Shown here: positions 60,363-64,000 of the stretch, one piece after another
How positions within the stretch are numbered: position 1 is the first letter of the stretch
How the letters are laid out: every line of letters begins with the position of its first letter
Origin: Alphaproteobacteria bacterium
Lineage (GTDB): Bacteria; Pseudomonadota; Alphaproteobacteria; Bin95
Reading direction: 5' to 3'
Assembly: GCA_963665325.3 (NCBI GenBank)
Contig: CAXXWS020000003.1
Location: forward strand, 1,040,051 to 1,104,050
DNA: 64,000 nucleotides
The notes under the pieces: generated by a model
Databases searched by the model: none
What the model saw: the letters and a program-made list of their open reading frames with translations, nothing else
What the model was told of the DNA's origin: nothing
Position numbers and translations under genes: made by a program

Positions 60363-61895
60363 TCAGTTCGGCGGGTTCGGGTTCTCGATATTGGCGCCGA
60401 ACGCGCCGAGCATCCTGCCCTGTTCGTTGAAGTTGGCGTTGAACGTGCCCGAAACGCCGGTGGGCAGATTGTCGTTGCGGCTCTTGCCGGTGTTGGAAAG
60501 CTGCGCTTGCCAACCGCCCGCTGCGTCCGCCTTGCTCGACCCGACGGCCCATTGCGTGGACGAATCGGCTCTCGCGACCGAGCCATCGGCGGTGGAGATG
60601 GCATGTGGCATCAGCGTCACGGTCCAGCCCGGGTCCGTGCCGTCATCGCCGAGCCGGAAGCCGAAGATCGAGCCATTCATCATGTTGGTATCGAAGTTTG
60701 CCGCAAGGCTGGCCTTCGCGGTGAAGTGGCCGCCATGGGCGGTGTCCGCGACCCGGTCCCGCCAAGCATACTTGCCGGCGGCGCCGCCTTCGTAATCCGC
60801 CTCGCCGGTCAGTGCGTCAACATCGCCCACGGCGGTGCCCCCCCGCGGTCCGTGGAACACCGTCACGGCGTCAAGCGGATCGGAGGACGTCTTGATGTCC
60901 CTCATCCACCACCCGAAGGTCATGTAGGCGGGATCCGCGATCGAGACCATCGCTCCGGTGTTGGCGGTGAACGTCCAGCCCGCACCGCCGCCGAACGCGA
61001 TGGTGCCATTGGCATTCACCGACGAGGTGCAGTCGGCCCCGGTGCACTGGTAGGACCCGGTGGCGCCACTGTACGTGCCGGGCAGCATCACCACATCGTT
61101 CGTAGCCGCGGCCTCAGTCGACTTGGCATTCGGCTCGTGCTCGACCGTGCCGCCGTCGCGCCCATCGAAGGCCGCGCCCGCAACGCCTGCGTGAGCAGTG
61201 GTCGACAACGGCAGCTCCTGCCCGCCGCCGCCATGCACCTCCGAGAACAGCTTGCTGCTCGACGCGGCGATGTCGGTATAGACGAACATCGTGTCGGCCC
61301 TGGTCGTGTCCTCCCAGGTCAGCATCGTTCCCGAGAAGCCGTTGTTCGCGGCAAGGCTCACCGACGTTCCGGCCTGTGCGCTCGTGAACGCGGTATTGGT
61401 GGTTGCGTCGATGTCGACAAGCGGGTCAGCAACACCGGCACCGTCAAGAAACGTCTTTAGATTGGTGCCGGTCAACCGTGTCGTCCCCCCGTACCTCGCC
61501 GATACCAGCGGCGTGGTTCCGGCAATCGACGCGTCGGCGGGAGTGGTGGAATCGCCCAACGGGTCGAGCACGCCGAAGATGGCCTTGCCCTTCGCCGTCA
61601 TGGCGATCGTGGCAGCCTTGTTCGCATTATCCTTCTCGTCGTTGACCTGCTTGGTGAGATCGCGCACCTGATTTTCCAGAGCGGTGACGCTGCCGGTCAG
61701 GTCGTCAATGTCGATCGCCGGCAGCCCAAGCTCCGCCCGCAGCGCGTTGATCTGCCCTTGAAGCGTGGCGATCTGCTCTACCTGTGTCGCGCCGTCCGTT
61801 GCCGACTGGGGCGACCCTCCGCCGCCTCCGCATCCGGCAAGCGCCAGGGCCGTAGCGGTCATCGCCGCGATAGCCCAATGTTTCATGGTTCTCAT
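60363..61895 (-). CDS. Surface lipoprotein 2 with N-terminal coiled coil and TbpB-like barrel
   Basis: Lipobox LAGC-GGGG, heptad region, AYMTFGWW, FTAKASLAANF, MLGAFGA. Confidence 0.8.
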   Translation of the reverse strand: MRTMKHWAIAAMTATALALAGCGGGGGSPQSATDGATQVEQIATLQGQINALRAELGLPAIDIDDLTGSVTALENQVRDLTKQVNDEKDNANKAATIAMTAKGKAIFGVLDPLGDSTTPADASIAGTTPLVSARYGGTTRLTGTNLKTFLDGAGVADPLVDIDATTNTAFTSAQAGTSVSLAANNGFSGTMLTWEDTTRADTMFVYTDIAASSSKLFSEVHGGGGQELPLSTTAHAGVAGAAFDGRDGGTVEHEPNAKSTEAAATNDVVMLPGTYSGATGSYQCTGADCTSSVNANGTIAFGGGAGWTFTANTGAMVSIADPAYMTFGWWMRDIKTSSDPLDAVTVFHGPRGGTAVGDVDALTGEADYEGGAAGKYAWRDRVADTAHGGHFTAKASLAANFDTNMMNGSIFGFRLGDDGTDPGWTVTLMPHAISTADGSVARADSSTQWAVGSSKADAAGGWQAQLSNTGKSRNDNLPTGVSGTFNANFNEQGRMLGAFGANIENPNPPN

Positions 61896-61983
61896 CGAAC
61901 CTCTCTCCTTTCAACCCGGGCCGGCCGCGCCAGCCGGGCAAATTGTCTTGGTCGTTCCTCCGTGGCGTGGACTACCGCGCCGA

Positions 61984-63006
61984 TCAGAAGCCGAGCGTGA
62001 TGCCGGTCACGAACGCCGTGCCTTCGGTCTCGTTGGCGGTGTCCTCGACGCCGAAGACAGAGCTTTTCCACGCGACGCCCGGCGCCAGCGAATAGCTGGC
62101 CGAGAGCATGGTCGCGTTGCGCTCCGTGCCGTCTTCCACATCGTGGAGCATATGCCCCAGGCTGACCGACATCGGGCCGTCCGCGTAGCTGACGCTGGCG
62201 CCCACGACCGACCACTCGTCCTTTGTCATGCCCGTGCCCTTGTCGCGCTCGGCATAGGCAACGTTGAAACCGAACGCGCCGGTGCTGACCGCAAGGCCCA
62301 TGTTGGTGAACGTGTCGTCGTCGGCGTCAGTGCCGGCGGCGCGGTGGCCGAGCGAAATCTTGACGCTGGCGTCGGCGAGTTCCTGGTTCAGGTTGATGCC
62401 GCCGGCGACCACGGCGTTGTCGTTGTTCTTCGGTGCGCTGGTGACCGAGTTCTCGCTGGCCGAGTCCGCCCCGTAGGACAGGCCGACCTGTACGCCGTTC
62501 ATGCGCGGCGAGATGTAGATGACGTTCAGGTTGTCCCCGATCCAGCCATTGGTGTCGAGATAGGCGCCCGGGATCCACTTCTGCGTGTCGCCTGCGTTCA
62601 GGCCGACGCCGACATCCTTGATGCCGTAATGCGTGCGCGCATGGATCGGGTCGCGCTGGCCGATCTCGATCCGACCGAAGTCGCCGCTCATGAATGCGAA
62701 CGACTCGTCGATCTCGGTGTCGTCGCCCTTCGGATCGGTATGCGCTTCGTTGTTGGCCTCGAGCTGGACATGCACGCCGAACTTGAGACCCATGTCGGAC
62801 TCCATCGAGCCCTTGAAATAGATTTCGCTGTCCGACTGGATGTCGACACCGCCCTCGTCGCTGTCGTCAGTCCGGTCGGCTGCACCAATCCACTGTTGCA
62901 TATAGCCGCCGACGCCGACGCTCAGCATGTCGGCCGCCGAAGCCGGCCCGGCAGCCAGCGCGCCGGCCAAGGCCAGCGCGGAGGTCGCAAGCAGGGTTTT
63001 TCTCAT
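61984..63006 (-). CDS. Outer-membrane porin 2 (short loops)
   Basis: Nearly identical N-terminus to porin 1, DSEIYFKG, FGRIEIG, YISPR, C-terminal ITLGF. Confidence 0.88.
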   Translation of the reverse strand: MRKTLLATSALALAGALAAGPASAADMLSVGVGGYMQQWIGAADRTDDSDEGGVDIQSDSEIYFKGSMESDMGLKFGVHVQLEANNEAHTDPKGDDTEIDESFAFMSGDFGRIEIGQRDPIHARTHYGIKDVGVGLNAGDTQKWIPGAYLDTNGWIGDNLNVIYISPRMNGVQVGLSYGADSASENSVTSAPKNNDNAVVAGGINLNQELADASVKISLGHRAAGTDADDDTFTNMGLAVSTGAFGFNVAYAERDKGTGMTKDEWSVVGASVSYADGPMSVSLGHMLHDVEDGTERNATMLSASYSLAPGVAWKSSVFGVEDTANETEGTAFVTGITLGF

Positions 63007-63044
63007 AATCCCCAATGTGCGACCGGAAGATGCTTCGAAAGCCG
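62883..63044 (-). repeat. 162-bp inverted repeat, right copy
   Basis: Partner of 53352-53513. Confidence 0.9.
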
Positions 63045-63288
63045 ATCAGCGGGTTACGAAAACCGCGTGTCCGCAGGGAGTTGCCGTAACTCCACGATTG
63101 CCGGATGGACCCGGTTATGCGGGTCGGGTCGAACGGCTACCTGTCGGTTCAGGCTTCCGGTGGTTACCGAGATCGCCTGTCCCGTTCAGCGCCGCCCGTG
63201 CGCATCCAGACGCCAAATTGTCATCGATAAGGGACTTACAAAGATTGGTTGACGGCATCTTGCCAGTCTTCGTCCGGACCGGTCCGCG

Positions 63289-64000
63289 TCAGGGGCATGC
63301 AGGCTCCGAAACGCGGTCCAAACCGCTCCAGGAGAGCGCTATGTCGGCGCTTCGATGTTCGAAGGCGCCGGCATAGCGCCTGATTTCCTCGGGCGTCATA
63401 CCCAGCCGTTCCCCCAACCCTCGCCAGTTGTCGCGGATATATGAGGCCATCGCTTTCGCCCGCGCTGCCGCGGCATCGACGGAGACGTCGAAAAACGGGG
63501 CGGCATCGATCGCCGCCTCGATGTCGGGTTCGAACCCGTGGACCTCCGAAATGCCGGTCTGCAAAAGGCCTCCTCCCCCGGGCTCGGGATTGATGTCGTA
63601 GGCGGGCGACAGACGCCACCGGCCGCCAGAGACATGGAGAAAGGCATGATTGCGGAGATGGTCGTCGAAGTTCGAGACGAGGATGGTAAACAGCAGGCGG
63701 CCGTACAGCTCGGCCATGTCCACTGCCGGCTCTTCCCCATGCCCCCTGATGGCGTCCGCGATCGAAACGTAATCGCTCGGCTCGGCGCCGTCGATCGCGA
63801 GCATTGTCTGCGCCGACATGAAAGGAATACGCCTCTCTCCCGACCGGTCGAAGCGCCGGATGAGGGCGACGGGATAGCGACGGGCTCCGGGCAGCAGCTG
63901 CGCCTCGGCCGCACGGATGCCGCATGCAGATGCGAGCTGCAACGCGAGGACCTCTCCCCTCGCCACGGGGAGCGCGTCCCCGGTGCTTGCCAGCTTTGCA
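63289..64000 (-). CDS. hipA: HipA-family kinase toxin, C-terminal part (runs off window end)
   Basis: IRRFDR, SNFDDHLRNHAF, LSPAYDINP. Confidence 0.85.
   Translation of the reverse strand, partial: AKLASTGDALPVARGEVLALQLASACGIRAAEAQLLPGARRYPVALIRRFDRSGERRIPFMSAQTMLAIDGAEPSDYVSIADAIRGHGEEPAVDMAELYGRLLFTILVSNFDDHLRNHAFLHVSGGRWRLSPAYDINPEPGGGGLLQTGISEVHGFEPDIEAAIDAAPFFDVSVDAAAARAKAMASYIRDNWRGLGERLGMTPEEIRRYAGAFEHRSADIALSWSGLDRVSEPACP

Noticed and set aside
53352-63044. Diversity-generating retroelement behind the paralog variation
   Set aside because: No reverse transcriptase, and the differences are not adenine-specific in a short template/variable repeat pair.
53352-63044. Assembly artefact as the cause of the inverted duplication
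   Set aside because: The copies differ extensively in their middles and at synonymous sites and both keep open frames; read-level confirmation is still advisable.
49482-64000. Prophage or conjugative element
   Set aside because: No structural, replication, relaxase or type IV secretion genes visible in the window.

Overview
High-GC, alphaproteobacterial-looking window in two parts. About 1-48.6 kb is a dense catabolic and transport region: a GS-like ligase with a Rieske oxygenase, reductase and ferredoxin; two TRAP systems; Aap and Liv ABC systems; a CoxMSL-like Mo-hydroxylase; hutU/hutH; glpK; and CoA-ester enzymes. It shows signs of decay (a nonsense codon in a TauD gene, IS remnants, gene fragments) and carries an intact IS110/IS1111-type element nested in a REP-like hairpin, with guide-like matches in its 3' non-coding region. 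From about 49.37 kb an island interrupts a DUF3179 gene. It begins with an IHF box and two tandem paralogous tyrosine integrases, then a LysR gene. Next comes a ~9.7-kb imperfect inverted duplication of a porin / surface-lipoprotein / Slam cassette with conserved ends and variable middles, and finally a HipA-like toxin. This island is the best candidate for an undescribed surface-antigen variation or shuffling system. All calls come from reading motifs by eye; no database searches were run. No rRNA, tRNA or CRISPR array was seen.
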